Below are positions 31,300 through 42,252 of a stretch of DNA of 64,000 nt, in pieces. A program made the position numbers and the translations under genes. Origin of the DNA: Naegleria gruberi (lineage: Eukaryota); NCBI GenBank assembly GCA_000004985.1, contig GG738860.1; one strand, given 5' to 3'. Positions within the stretch are counted from its first letter, which is position 1; each line of letters begins with the position of its first letter. The notes beneath the pieces were generated by a model, which did no database searches, was not told the origin of the DNA, and worked only from the letters and a program-made list of their open reading frames with translations.

Positions 31300-33143
31300 T
31301 TATTCTACATCATCATCATCATCTAGCATGGTATGAGTAATTTGTTCCTTAATTATGTACCTTTCGATTGATTCCCTTACTTGGGTTTGATAGGTATCGA
31401 GATTATCAAAGTAAATTCTTGGAACTGTACAAATTTCAATATAGTAAATCATTAAATAATTAACTAATACTTACTCAAATCACCAAATCCATTGACTTCA
31501 ACAATAAAGTGCTCTTGGAAATTCTCAGAAAACATCAAATCAACACCCAAACATAATGAGTTTGGAAAGCATTCATTAGCAATGCTCTCGCAAGTAACTT
31601 TCACCTTATCCCACGACCCAGGAGCCTTATATTCAAGTAACCTTAAAAAGTCATCACATTCTCCTCTCTTATTTCCTAAATGTAAATTGGTCATTGGATT
31701 TCTGGAAGTTCTTACAACGAAATTCATAATTTTTCCGCCTACAACTACAATTCTCAGATCGAAATTACCACGACCCATATAATCGGCTTTTTCAACCCAC
31801 TCCTCAACAATAGCTCCCTCAGCCAATACAAAATCTATTACTTGCTTAATATCCTCATTCTTTGTGTATCGTCTTATTCTCAATGAATTGTAAACTTTAA
31901 AGTATTGAGGGAAGTTTCTATCTCTAACTAGTTCAGAAGAGGTGGTTGCCAACTCTTTGAATACTGTCTCGGTAGATCCTATAATCCTCTGCTCAACAAA
32001 ACAATAGGCAATGACACCACTTGCTGAACTTCCATGAGCTAATTTTACAAATACTCTATTCATATTGTTGCTTTTCATGACTTCTACCATTTCGTCATAA
32101 TTTCTTACATTATAAAACCCTCTTGGAACAGGAATTCCATGTTTTACCAACAGAGAGTGACACATTCTCTTATCAAATGTTGATGAAATCTCATCTAGAG
32201 TGCTTGAAAATTGTCTGATACCATGTCCTCGAAGGATATCAAAAAGTTGTTCCAGAGCATTAATAAAGCCAAGATACCATTGTCTCACATATCTTACTTG
32301 CCCCAAATCAAAGGCCAGAATATTATTGATATCATACTCGCTCACTCTAGTTCCAAACTCTTCTTGGTTTATACCTTCACATCCCAATGATAATAAACCT
32401 CTTTCCACAAAGAAATTTTCACCTGGTGAGTCAATTCTCACAACAATATCCCCAGTTTCCAATTCTTCTCCTGTTTGTTTGAAATATTTTCTCTTCATCT
32501 TGTCAATGATTTGTTGCCAATCAATTGGTGCAATTTGATTATTATCAACCACATTAATTTGATGATTATGTGGGTTGACTATTCCAGTTGAGAGTAACAT
32601 TTCCCAAGTAACACATTCTCCTGGTGGCAATCCAAAGGATGACAAGGCAGCTTGGAAAAATCCAACTCTTCTATTTTCTTCATTTCCTATAATTAAAAAT
32701 CTTTGTTTAATACCTTTTACTGGTGCAAACTGAATCATTAAATTGTTAACAATACAAATGTTCCAAAATCGAATTAAACATACCACAAATCCATCAAATT
32801 TATTTCCTATCACTGTCATTCTATGAACATCAAATCCGATCAAGAATTTATATTTAATTAAATCCTTCAATAATTGTCTCCATTCTTTGCAAACCATCGA
32901 TAGGGTATGCACAAGATTTTTACGTTCATTCCTATCCTCTTCCGATTCTATAATGATAGAGAATATGAAACTCTTCACTCGTGAATGAATCAAGTCAAAT
33001 GTATCCCTCGATAATTGCACTGGTAATTGTCTAATTCTTTCAAAGCATTCCTGAGTGAAGGAAATATTTTGTCGATTTTCTATAGAAGTAGTATTGATGG
33101 TGCTGTCTTGTTGTGTGGATTCTTGTTGATGGTTTTGCAACAT
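31300..33143 (-). CDS. ATP-grasp fold enzyme (RimK/glutathione-synthetase-like ligase). Exons: 33143..31475 and a probable short 3' exon 31424..31300.
   Basis: Real ATG at 33141-33143. ATP-grasp-like motifs: NRVFVKLAHGSSASGV, DLRIVVVGGKIMNFVVRTS, NLHLGNKRG. The track ORF ends …GDLSKY* where GTAAGT follows GAT TTG A. A 50-nt intron to cAG at 31425-31426 extends the protein by …IPRIYFDNLDTYQTQVRESIERYIIKEQITHTMLDDDDDVE*. Confidence 0.55.
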
Positions 33144-33575
33144 TTTTTTGTAATGTTTTAAATAGTAGAATAAATTGAAGATATATTTAATCTATAAACT
33201 AGAATAAACCATTACCACCAAAGACATTATGATTAAATACATGATTAATTTGCTTTAATAGAGATGAATTAGATTTTTGAATATTTTCTCCATTTGGAGA
33301 GACGAAACTGAGGCTTCTTGTTCTTGAACCACCGTGATGATTTTTTGATTATTTTACTCTCGGAATTTTTTCAAAGGTATGGAATATGCTTACTTGTTAT
33401 TTTCAATATTGATTGAGACTGAGCCTCCTAAGAACATTAATCACACCTCTCTCAATAGGCTGAGTTTAATGCAAAATACATCTTTGCCCTGATATGAACA
33501 AAAAAGGTGAATTTTAATGTGGTCAACTTTTTTACAATTCGAAAAAAGAGCCAAATTAACGATAAAAAAAATAAG

Positions 33576-34161
33576 ATGAGCACACCTTTGTATAACATTT
33601 ACTATCGTCTCAACCCATTCTCCCACAGAGAATATAATGGAGAACTTACTCAAGAATTACCAGCTCTCCCAGTCAACAGATTGATCCAAAAGTATTCCCA
33701 ATACTCTTTCTTGGGTACTAAGAAGATGTTGCCAGATATTAGATTCCCATCAAACAACTCTGATTTCTACAAGAAGTGTTATTTGAACTTCTCAGTCTGG
33801 AGAAAGTGTTTGGGCGAACACGCTGCTGATGGTGTCGATAAGGAAGATCCAAATGCTGCTGTCTGTAAGAGATACGAACAATTGGCTAGATTCTCTTGCC
33901 CAATGAATGACGTAGGTTTAATAATTTAAATAATATTTAATAATGATGATGAAAATTTAGTACGAAAATATGCTCGCTCAAGTTGAAAAGGACTCTTTTG
34001 TTGCTACAATGGGTTTCGAAGCTAAATATGAAGGATCATCACCAACAGTTTTGAAGGTCGACCATCACAACAAGGTCGTCAAGGTTCTCCACAAATCCAA
34101 GAACAGTCAATACAATGAAGGTGATACTTACTCTAGAATCAGACAATACTACTTCTATTAA
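33576..34161 (+). CDS. COX6B: Cytochrome c oxidase subunit 6B (COX6B/COX12)-like with a C-terminal extension. Exons: 33576..33911 and 33961..34161.
   Basis: Twin CX9C/CX10C motifs: RFPSNNSDFYKKCYLNFSVWRKC…AVCKRYEQLARFSCP, compared with human COX6B1 [21 protein letters not shown]…VCEWYQRVYQSLCP. A 49-nt intron (GTAGGT…AG) joins track ORFs 33507..33929 and 33970..34161 in frame. Confidence 0.65.
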
Positions 34162-34372
34162 ACTAATAGTCATTTCTCTCTCTACTGACTAACGACGAAT
34201 AAAACCAAGAACACTCTGGGTGTTTGAACACAGGGAATATATTTTATATTGAAAATGTATTTCGATTATTATGAAATTCATTACACGGTTACTATTTGAT
34301 GATTTAAGCCAATAATAATTTAATTAATATTAATTACATATAATTTAATAATAATATTAAAAAACAAATAAT

Positions 34373-35641
34373 TTATAAGGATGTTTCTGCAATAATTCTA
34401 TCGAGACTGTGGGCGAAAGAATTCAAGGTAAAGTTATCGATCACTCTCTGTCTTGAACGTGTTCCATAGTTGGCTCTTTCTTGAGCGCTCATGGAAAAGA
34501 ATTGAACAATGTTGAGGCCAAAGTTTTCGATAATTTCATCCTCGTTGAGATTATCCATAACGGCCAATAGACCTGTCGATTCATGAACAATACTTTCCTT
34601 TGGTCCTCCACTTCTCAATGCACAAACACATCTTCCACAATACATGGCCTCAACTGGAACAATACCAAAATGTTCTCCCTGTGGAGTGTAGGCCACTACA
34701 GTGCAATATTTCAACAAGACATATCTCTCAATTTCATTAAATGATGGAACATAAATTGCATTCTCTTGGACATTGTACTTGGCTACCAATTGTTTCAATT
34801 CATCCAAAACTTGAATATTTTCAGGAACTCTTGGATCATAACCTCCAGCAAGAATGAGTAAGGCGTCTGGGAATCTAGGCTTGACATACTTGGCAAATGA
34901 GTGAACCAGCAAGGCAATATTCTTCTTCTTTTCAAATCTATTGATGGATACAACACTGAATTCACTGTCCATTATTCTCTTATAGAATGAACACTTTTCC
35001 AATTCTTCCTCAGATGGTTGAACATCGTAGGATGAAACATTGATTGGTGGATATAAAATTTCAACTTGCTTATTAGAGAGCTTTTTAAATGATTCATAGA
35101 AAATTTGTTTGGTAAATCCAGAATTTACACTAATAGAATGAGCCATTCCAGTTGTAATTTCCTCAAAATAATCGAATGGAATTCTATATAATTTCTTCAA
35201 TAATGACAAGTTACTGTCCCATCTCACCAACAATTTATCAGGAAAATGACAGTAAAATACAATTTTAGCCTTTGGAAATAATAATTTCAAGAGTGGAATA
35301 TGATAACTAATTTGATCAACAATAATCACATCATAATTTTCATGAGAATGATTCAAATACATTCTAATAGTACAATAAAACATTCTTAAAATTGCAAAGA
35401 AAATATGAAATAAACCAAATATTGTTCTCGGAAGAAAATCTCCATATGAAATTACATCCAAAGTTCCATCATTGGTTTCTGAGAAGGAATGTTTAGGATC
35501 GTGATGAGAGGTAAATATCGTAACCTTGTGTCCAATAACCTTTTTTAATCCAACAGCAGCATCCACAATCAATCGTTCAGCTCCTCCGATACCCAAGTCC
35601 GGATGAGTAAAGGCAATATTAAGTGATTTGTTCTTCTTCAT
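34373..35641 (-). CDS. ALG2: Alpha-1,3/1,6-mannosyltransferase ALG2 (GT4 glycosyltransferase).
   Basis: MKKNKSLNIAFTHPDLGIGGAERLIVDAAVGL matches the ALG2 N-terminal signature. GT4 C-terminal fold is present. The real ATG is at 35639-35641; the track start at 35683 is upstream and non-ATG. Confidence 0.75.
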   Translation of the reverse strand: MKKNKSLNIAFTHPDLGIGGAERLIVDAAVGLKKVIGHKVTIFTSHHDPKHSFSETNDGTLDVISYGDFLPRTIFGLFHIFFAILRMFYCTIRMYLNHSHENYDVIIVDQISYHIPLLKLLFPKAKIVFYCHFPDKLLVRWDSNLSLLKKLYRIPFDYFEEITTGMAHSISVNSGFTKQIFYESFKKLSNKQVEILYPPINVSSYDVQPSEEELEKCSFYKRIMDSEFSVVSINRFEKKKNIALLVHSFAKYVKPRFPDALLILAGGYDPRVPENIQVLDELKQLVAKYNVQENAIYVPSFNEIERYVLLKYCTVVAYTPQGEHFGIVPVEAMYCGRCVCALRSGGPKESIVHESTGLLAVMDNLNEDEIIENFGLNIVQFFSMSAQERANYGTRSRQRVIDNFTLNSFAHSLDRIIAETSL

Positions 35642-35656
35642 TTTTTTTAAATTTGA

Positions 35657-38440
35657 GCTCAAACGAAAAGTCAACCCAACCAATCAGACTTCCAAATTCA
35701 CAGAAGAATCAACTCACTCCCAATACATAGACTCATCAAGGAAATCAATGTACTCACATTCGAATATTCAAATAATAATAAGCAACAAACACTAGATGAA
35801 CTGAATAAGAAGAAAGATGAACTGAAATACAAACAGAAGGAATTTTTTAAGAAAGAGAGAGATAGATGGCTACATATGATTAACAATACAAGTATTGGAT
35901 TTCTATATAGATTTGATGCAGATCTGAACACCAAGAATATCAATTGGAAAAATCTACCAGACAGCGTAAACAAAGATAGCACTCTCCAATTCTTCACACA
36001 GAAATTCAAGAAAGAATATGAAGAAATCAAAATCAAACTCCCAACATCAACAGTCAAAGAAGGTCCACAAGAGATCACAATTAACAAAGATGATATTCTA
36101 AGCACACTCAAGAGACTCAAATCTAAATCTACAGGCACAGACTTTATTACAAATGACTTACTCAAGGAAATGACAGAGACACAAGCAACACAATTAGCAA
36201 TAGAATTTAATAAGATGATTAGTGAAACAAAGGATATACCAATAATAATGAAAGAAGGTTGGATCAAATTAATCCCAAAGAAAGACTCTATTGTAACACA
36301 CAAAGACATTCGTCCTATCACAATAATGAGTACACTATACAGACTACTATTTAACATCATAGCAAGGAAAATAGGTAAATGGGCAAAAGATAACATCAAT
36401 ATTAGACAACAAGCATTCACATCTAACAGAGAAGTTAACAACCATATTCTAGTAATCCAAGCATTAAGAGTCAAATACAAGAAAACAAATGCATTTGTAA
36501 TCACCAACTTGGACATAGAAAATGCATATGACGGTGTAGAACATTGTGTCCTTAGATTAGCTATGAAACATTGTAAATTCCCACTAATGTATAACACAAT
36601 CACCCAAATTATAATAGATTACCAAATCGAGAATTGGAAAATACCTGGCACACCATCATTTAAAATTGAAGAAATAGGAACTCTTAATTTTGCTGATGAC
36701 TGCTCATTAGTAACACAACCCAACAAGAAACACAATACCAAACTCAAACAACTGAACAAATGGATAGGGAATCTCAAAATGAAAATCAATGCTTCTAAAT
36801 CAATAACTTCTGTCACACCGGAAAGAATAGCCCTTAAAGACTTCACAGTTAAGCTTGACGATACGTTAATACCAAGACAAACCAATCAAAGAACATTAGG
36901 AAACTACATCACAGAAGACCATCTCTTCACAAAAGAAATTGACAAAAGAGAAGCTAGAGTAACACAAATACTAAAAATACTTCCAATCCATTTGATAGAA
37001 CCAGAAAATCTCAAAAGAATCATAATGGGCAAGACAATTAGTAGTTTTATCCATCTAGCAAGAGGAAATTCAATTTCCAATCCTCGCCTACAAACAATTG
37101 ACTCAACAATTAGGGGTAACCTAAAAAGATCACTGAAGATCGATGCAAAGGTAAAACCATCCACAATGTATGCACAATTCGAAAGAAAAGGACTAGAAAT
37201 TCCAAACCTCGAATACATAGCCAACTCAATCCTTTGCAATAACTTAATCAACAAATTCCACTCAAGTAACCCACTTGTCAGAGAAGCAGTACAGTACGGA
37301 ATTAATAACTGTAACACGAACAAAACAAAACTACACAACATATTTGAAAAATTCCACTACATCCTAAAACAACAACACAAACTTACCACAACAATATGTA
37401 ACACCAATCATCAACTTCTGGAAAAGGAAAAAGATGAACAATACTCCTACTCAGAATTCACAATATGGACTGATGGATCCAAATCAGAAAACAAAGTAGG
37501 ATTCAGTATAATCATTCAGAACAACGAATTTACAAAAGGATACAAATACAAGCTCCACTCATACCACTCAAACAACATGGCTGAATTATCAGCAATTACA
37601 ACAGCACTACACATCATACCACCAAACAGCAATGCAAAGGTACTCACTGACAGTGAAATAGCAGTCAAAATAATTAACAACACAAATTACAAAGGTCAAT
37701 TTAAGCAAATCAAAGATGAAATTACCAACCTCATCAGCACTAAAAAACTTCAAGCATCCATCGAATGGACAAAAGCTCATACAGGAATAACAGATGGAAA
37801 TAACTACGCTGATAAGAAAGCCAAACAAGCCTCAAGAATAGGACATCGAATTGCACCCCAACATCTACTAACTCAAGGGCAATTAATTATCACCAATTCG
37901 AAAAAAGTTTGGAAAAGTAGAATCAAAGGAGTACTTAGTGAAAAGCTCTACAATCAAGGAACATCCGAACTCATCAACAGAACAAATCTCAATTACCTCA
38001 AAGAACATACCACCCCAGCTCACAAATACTCAATCTGGAGGCTCATGATAAATGGACACTTAAGAAGCCTCATAGTAGACAACCCACAATGCCCAACATG
38101 TAACAAAAACCTTGACACAGAACACCTCTTCATAGCATGCCCAGAAATGAATTCAGCTAGAAACTGGATGATTGAAGAAATCAAAAAAAATACCAATCTC
38201 GAACCAGTACTAAGCACAGAGAGGACAGAAATATTAACACCAAACTCATTCCAACTAAATATCTTTGATATTCTGACGGAACCTATTCAAGGTATTATCA
38301 AAGAACAATGGCCCAAGATACAAGGAGGCCTCTCACTTTTTGGAGGAAGAGTACAAAAACAATACAACAAAATCTTAAAAATTCAATAAGACGTTCCAAA
38401 TGGACGAACCCGTCGGGTTCATTCGATTAATAAACGTTTA
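35657..38440 (+). mobile_element. 5'-truncated non-LTR (LINE-like) retrotransposon carrying an RT-RNaseH-CCHC ORF and a 3' hairpin.
   Basis: The reading frame is open from 35657 to the stop at 38387-38389. RT motif FADDCSLV. RNase H motifs TDGSKSENKVGFSII…AELSAITTAL…HTGI. Zinc knuckle CPTCNKNLDTEHLFIACP. The 3' UTR hairpin gaacccgtcgggttc is followed by aataaacg. There is no endonuclease domain and no ORF1. Boundaries are approximate. Confidence 0.7.
35876..38389 (+). CDS. Reverse transcriptase / RNase H / zinc-knuckle polyprotein of the truncated non-LTR element.
   Basis: Track ORF of 837 aa. Motifs as listed for the mobile element. Confidence 0.7.
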   Translation: MINNTSIGFLYRFDADLNTKNINWKNLPDSVNKDSTLQFFTQKFKKEYEEIKIKLPTSTVKEGPQEITINKDDILSTLKRLKSKSTGTDFITNDLLKEMTETQATQLAIEFNKMISETKDIPIIMKEGWIKLIPKKDSIVTHKDIRPITIMSTLYRLLFNIIARKIGKWAKDNINIRQQAFTSNREVNNHILVIQALRVKYKKTNAFVITNLDIENAYDGVEHCVLRLAMKHCKFPLMYNTITQIIIDYQIENWKIPGTPSFKIEEIGTLNFADDCSLVTQPNKKHNTKLKQLNKWIGNLKMKINASKSITSVTPERIALKDFTVKLDDTLIPRQTNQRTLGNYITEDHLFTKEIDKREARVTQILKILPIHLIEPENLKRIIMGKTISSFIHLARGNSISNPRLQTIDSTIRGNLKRSLKIDAKVKPSTMYAQFERKGLEIPNLEYIANSILCNNLINKFHSSNPLVREAVQYGINNCNTNKTKLHNIFEKFHYILKQQHKLTTTICNTNHQLLEKEKDEQYSYSEFTIWTDGSKSENKVGFSIIIQNNEFTKGYKYKLHSYHSNNMAELSAITTALHIIPPNSNAKVLTDSEIAVKIINNTNYKGQFKQIKDEITNLISTKKLQASIEWTKAHTGITDGNNYADKKAKQASRIGHRIAPQHLLTQGQLIITNSKKVWKSRIKGVLSEKLYNQGTSELINRTNLNYLKEHTTPAHKYSIWRLMINGHLRSLIVDNPQCPTCNKNLDTEHLFIACPEMNSARNWMIEEIKKNTNLEPVLSTERTEILTPNSFQLNIFDILTEPIQGIIKEQWPKIQGGLSLFGGRVQKQYNKILKIQ

Positions 38441-38728
38441 AATTTTTTTTAAATTTGTTTTTAGAATTTAAATTGTTGATAAAATTGTGAATTGAATTGT
38501 AAAATTTGAGAGGAAGGAATTTCGTGTTTTTTAAAATACGTGTTTTCAAATGATCGTTTTGAAAATGAGTTTTAAATGATGTGAAGTGAACTTGAGATTT
38601 TTTGTAAATCTTATTAAGGTTGTTGAGAAATTGCCTTATTCGTTATTAATTTAGTTTTGTTATGTTCAATTTTAAAGATAAAAGTAAAAAGTACCAAATA
38701 TTCAAGATTTTTATTTCAAAATTAAAAT

Positions 38729-39193
38729 CTATTTAGATTCGAATTCCTCAGGATAGTTCTCTTTACAAAAACATAAATTAGATGGTTTTGGAGGATTAAT
38801 CGGCGACTTTTCTGTAAATTCATCCAACAATGATTCGATTTCAATTGCTCTAACAACCTCATCCTCCTTAACTTCATAACAATTTTCCTTATTTTGTACA
38901 TGAAGAGTGACAGTTGGCGGCTCTTTAGTTATCCACAGAAAGATTGAATCTCTATTTCTCAAATCCCTCCAAAATCCATCCTCTGTGAAATTCTTATTGT
39001 TGATAATATCTTTCCCTTCATGAACTCCCAAACTTTGCAAGAATTCACTAACTTTCTGTGTTGTTTCAAATGAAAATTTGGCTAATAAGGTATCGCCATC
39101 ATTAGCATGACCTCCGTATGCTCTAACGAATCGAAAATATCTCATTCTATTGGTCCATGATACAAGCTCTTCCTTTGAATGAAAACGATACAT
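38729..39193 (-). CDS. Hypothetical 154-aa protein.
   Basis: ORF with a real ATG (MYRFHSKEELVSW…). Composition is typical of coding sequence for this window. No recognisable motif. Confidence 0.3.
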   Translation of the reverse strand: MYRFHSKEELVSWTNRMRYFRFVRAYGGHANDGDTLLAKFSFETTQKVSEFLQSLGVHEGKDIINNKNFTEDGFWRDLRNRDSIFLWITKEPPTVTLHVQNKENCYEVKEDEVVRAIEIESLLDEFTEKSPINPPKPSNLCFCKENYPEEFESK

Positions 39194-39516
39194 GTATTGT
39201 TCAAATTGATTGACTTGAGAAGATTTTTCTTGATTGGAACGACATGAAGTGGAGAAGAATCGAAGATTTTTTAAGAAGAAATGCTCTTATGAGACAATGC
39301 TCGATAGATAGCAACGTGATGATTGCTTTTTATCATTTTTTTTTGAAATTGCAACAGATTAATTGTTGATAAGGCAACTCTATGGCAACTCAGTTTGATA
39401 TTACTCAACATCATTGAATGGATCACGCAAGAGTATATTGCGTCTATTTACAAAAGCACACATATTGTTGTTTTTGTAAAAAACTGTTCCCAGTTGAATT
39501 ATGTGTAACAGTGTTA

Positions 39517-39589
39517 GGGGATGTAGCTCACATGGTAGAGCGCTTCTTTAGCATGGAAGAGGTACGGGGATCGATACCCCGCATCTCCA
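39517..39589 (+). tRNA. tRNA-Ala (anticodon AGC), 73 nt.
   Basis: GGGGATG-TA-GCTC-ACATGGT-AGAGC-G-CTTCT-TTAGCAT-GGAAG-AGGTA-CGGGG-ATCGATA-CCCCG-CATCTCC-A. G3·U70 in the acceptor stem. Confidence 0.85.
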
Positions 39590-39594
39590 CTATC

Positions 39595-39599
39595 TTTTT
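39595..39599 (+). terminator. Pol III T5 terminator 3' of tRNA-Ala.
   Basis: ttttt lies 6 nt after the tRNA end. Confidence 0.35.
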
Positions 39600-40754
39600 A
39601 TTTAGTAAATGAATTCATTGTGATTGCAGATAGGTGCAATAAGGCTTAAACATATGGTGCCATACTTTTTCCAAGGAGAATACATGAAATGACTTTATGT
39701 AATGGAGTAAAACAAGTTAGAAAAATTAGAATATTGAGCTAATAACTTTGGAAATTAGTTTTCACTTATTTTGAATTGTAATATTATTGTTTTTCATTTT
39801 GTAATTTTGGACGGGAAGCCTGCCAGGAATATGGCGACAATCCCGCTACAGTCTTTGACTGTATGAACAGTGAAGGCAACTAATCTATTGATTGTTGGTT
39901 CAGTAAGTTATTGTTTAGAAAAGCTTGCTACGTGACCCTCTGTTTATCATCTTTGAATTTTATCTATTTAGAAAGAGAAACTTGTGGTTGATCAATAAAC
40001 GATCAAATTTCGAATTTGAGTCTTCAAATAATACTATTATTATTCAAAAGAAGACAAACACTACACTGAAGGAACGGTTGCTTGGCTAGTCATAATCTTC
40101 ATAATGTTATGATCAATTACCACATAAGGAAGGTGTTGTGATTTTTCTATTAATTGAAAAAAGAAGGAACATTCGTTAACAATTTTCTATGGATTTCTTG
40201 ATTAATAAAAAGAAAGTGTTGATAATGTTCTATTAATTGATAAAAAGTTAAGGTACCAATCTGCATGTTCACAAATCCCCCATTCACTAACCATGGCTGG
40301 TAAGGAATGCAGCAATCATCTATGAACGAGGAAACCTACAACGAAGCATGTTTCCAGTTCGATATCATGCTCAAGATATGTGACTACAGAGTCTTCATCT
40401 TGGTTAACCTCAAAGGTCAGATTGACTCAAAAAAGTCGAGTTTATGTATTCCTACAGAAAAGATCCTGTAGAAGTACAGTCAATGGTTTTAGCAATCTTG
40501 CATCCTCAATGATATTATATCGGTTTTGAAAGTGTGGATTGTTGTCAGGAAAAGTTATGGTAAAAAAATTCAATGAGAGATTCAAGAAAATATTTGAATG
40601 GACAGTATTCCAGTGAATTAGCACCTATTATTCTGATAACAAAGGAATCTCAACTTACTTCATTAACAATTCAGACTCGTTATTTCTGAAATAATAATAT
40701 TGAAACAATATGTGTTTTCATGAACAAAAGGAGAAATTTTAATACATTAGTATA

Positions 40755-40827
40755 GCTGGCGTAGCTCAGTCGGTAGAGCGTTGGTCTAATAAGCCATTGG
40801 TCGCCGGTTCGATCCCGTCCGTCAGCA
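40755..40827 (+). tRNA. tRNA-Ile (anticodon AAU), 73 nt, with one mismatch each in the anticodon and T stems.
   Basis: GCTGGCG-TA-GCTC-AGTCGGT-AGAGC-G-TTGGT-CTAATAA-GCCAT-TGGTC-GCCGG-TTCGATC-CCGTC-CGTCAGC-A. The D arm and anticodon loop match eukaryotic tRNA-Ile(AAU). Confidence 0.7.
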
Positions 40828-40865
40828 TCTCTTTTGGCTTTTAAAAAAGGGAAGACATTCCACCC

Positions 40866-40876
40866 CATTCGAAACC
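40866..40876 (+). promoter_or_regulatory. Extra B-box-like element (CATTCGAAACC) about 40 bp downstream of tRNA-Ile.
   Basis: Resembles the Pol III B-box consensus GGTTCGAANCC. Dictyostelid tRNA genes commonly carry a downstream ex-B box. Confidence 0.4.
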
Positions 40877-40887
40877 CAAGTAAGATT

Positions 40888-40906
40888 ATTTTTTTTGGAA
40901 ACATTG
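40888..40906. repeat. Target-site duplication (5' copy), ATTTTTTTTGGAAACATTG.
   Basis: Exact 19-nt match with 45758..45776. Confidence 0.8.
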
Positions 40907-40938
40907 GGGGGGCTTCAAAAAAATATTTTAAATCAGAA

Positions 40939-41032
40939 ATGAATAACAACAAGAGACGAATTAATCGTCAAAAATTCACCAACCAGAATCTAAACAACAG
41001 GAACAACACTGGTAATAACAACAACAATATTA

Positions 41033-41077
<45 letters not shown>

Positions 41078-42252
41078 TAATTGTGAATAAACAATCAAAT
41101 AATAATAATACTACTAATAATAATAATAATAATAATAGTAATAATAGTACATCTAATAATGGTCCAAAATTAAATAGATACCAAACTAAACACAGAGTCA
41201 TCATTTGTAATTACGACCAAAATGAATCAATCAACAAATTGGCAAATTATTTAAAAATAAGTCCTAATAATGTATTCGGAATGAAGGTAGATAATAATTT
41301 GAAATTAGCTATATTATACTTTAGAAACAAACAACTAGCAGAAAATTGTATTAACAAAAATTCTAATCTTGCTATATGCCATCAAACTACTGTAACTGAA
41401 TTTAAATATAATATTAAATTAGAAATTAATGAAGAAAATATTAAAAAAGTTTGGACAGAATTTAATAATTCAGAAAACCATGACAATATGGGAGATGAAG
41501 CAGATAAACCAAATACTAAAATTATATCTATGAATATGGTAACATCTACTAAATATTGGTCAATCCACACCAACACCCTTGTTAGCGAAACATTAATGAA
41601 AAAATTGGAATTAACTAGAGACCTAGATAAATCAGTGTCTTTCGTTATTAATTTAGGAGATAATATTAATATTAGACATGATGAATTGGAAAAAACTATT
41701 GAAGAACAATGGAAAGTTAAACCAAGAGTAACTTGCTCCAATGATAAAAAAATGTTCGCTGTTGTCCCAATTAATCAATTAGCTACAGCCTCAATCACTA
41801 GAGAGATTTATTTTGAAAATCATATCCTCAAAAATCTATCCTATAGCTATTACAAAAAGAAAAGTTTTAAAATTAAATTTAAAAAAATGGAAGAAGAATT
41901 AAAAAATCGTACATTGGAAAATGAAGTTCTTACTGAAAGTTTGGACTATTTGGAAGATAAATTTGAAACTCTCAAAACGAACATCAAAGAGGATTTTACA
42001 TCTAGAATTACTTACCTAGAACAAGAAACAATTACCAAATCTATGCTGAAAGAAGAATTTGAATTAAATAATTCACAAATTTCAGTTCAATTTGATAAAC
42101 ATAAAATTGAGATGAAAGAATCTGTAACTAATCAACTAAAAGAAAATCATGATTCTATCATCAATCATATGAATATAACTATGAAACAAAATTTTGCGGG
42201 TTTATTTGAAGAATTTAGAAACCTAGGGGTACTTCCAACACCCAAACAATGA
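40939..42252 (+). CDS. Retrotransposon ORF1 protein with a poly-Asn N-terminus, an RRM-like core and C-terminal coiled coil.
   Basis: The first ATG is at 40939; the track start at 40834 is a TTG inside flanking DNA. Sequence: MNNNKRRINRQK…(N)n…RVIICNYDQNESINKLANYL…. Confidence 0.65.
41035..41076 (+). repeat. (AAT)14 microsatellite encoding poly-Asn inside ORF1.
   Basis: Direct read of aat repeats. Confidence 0.9.

Noticed and set aside
35698-36603. 301-aa minus-strand ORF overlapping the retrotransposon RT region.
   Set aside because: It is antisense to a well-supported RT/RNase H frame. The product is hydrophobic low complexity with no motif.
40834-40938. Track start of the ORF1 protein at 40834 (MAFKKGK…), immediately after tRNA-Ile.
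   Set aside because: The codon is TTG and lies upstream of the 5' TSD and the element boundary. The first ATG inside the element is at 40939.
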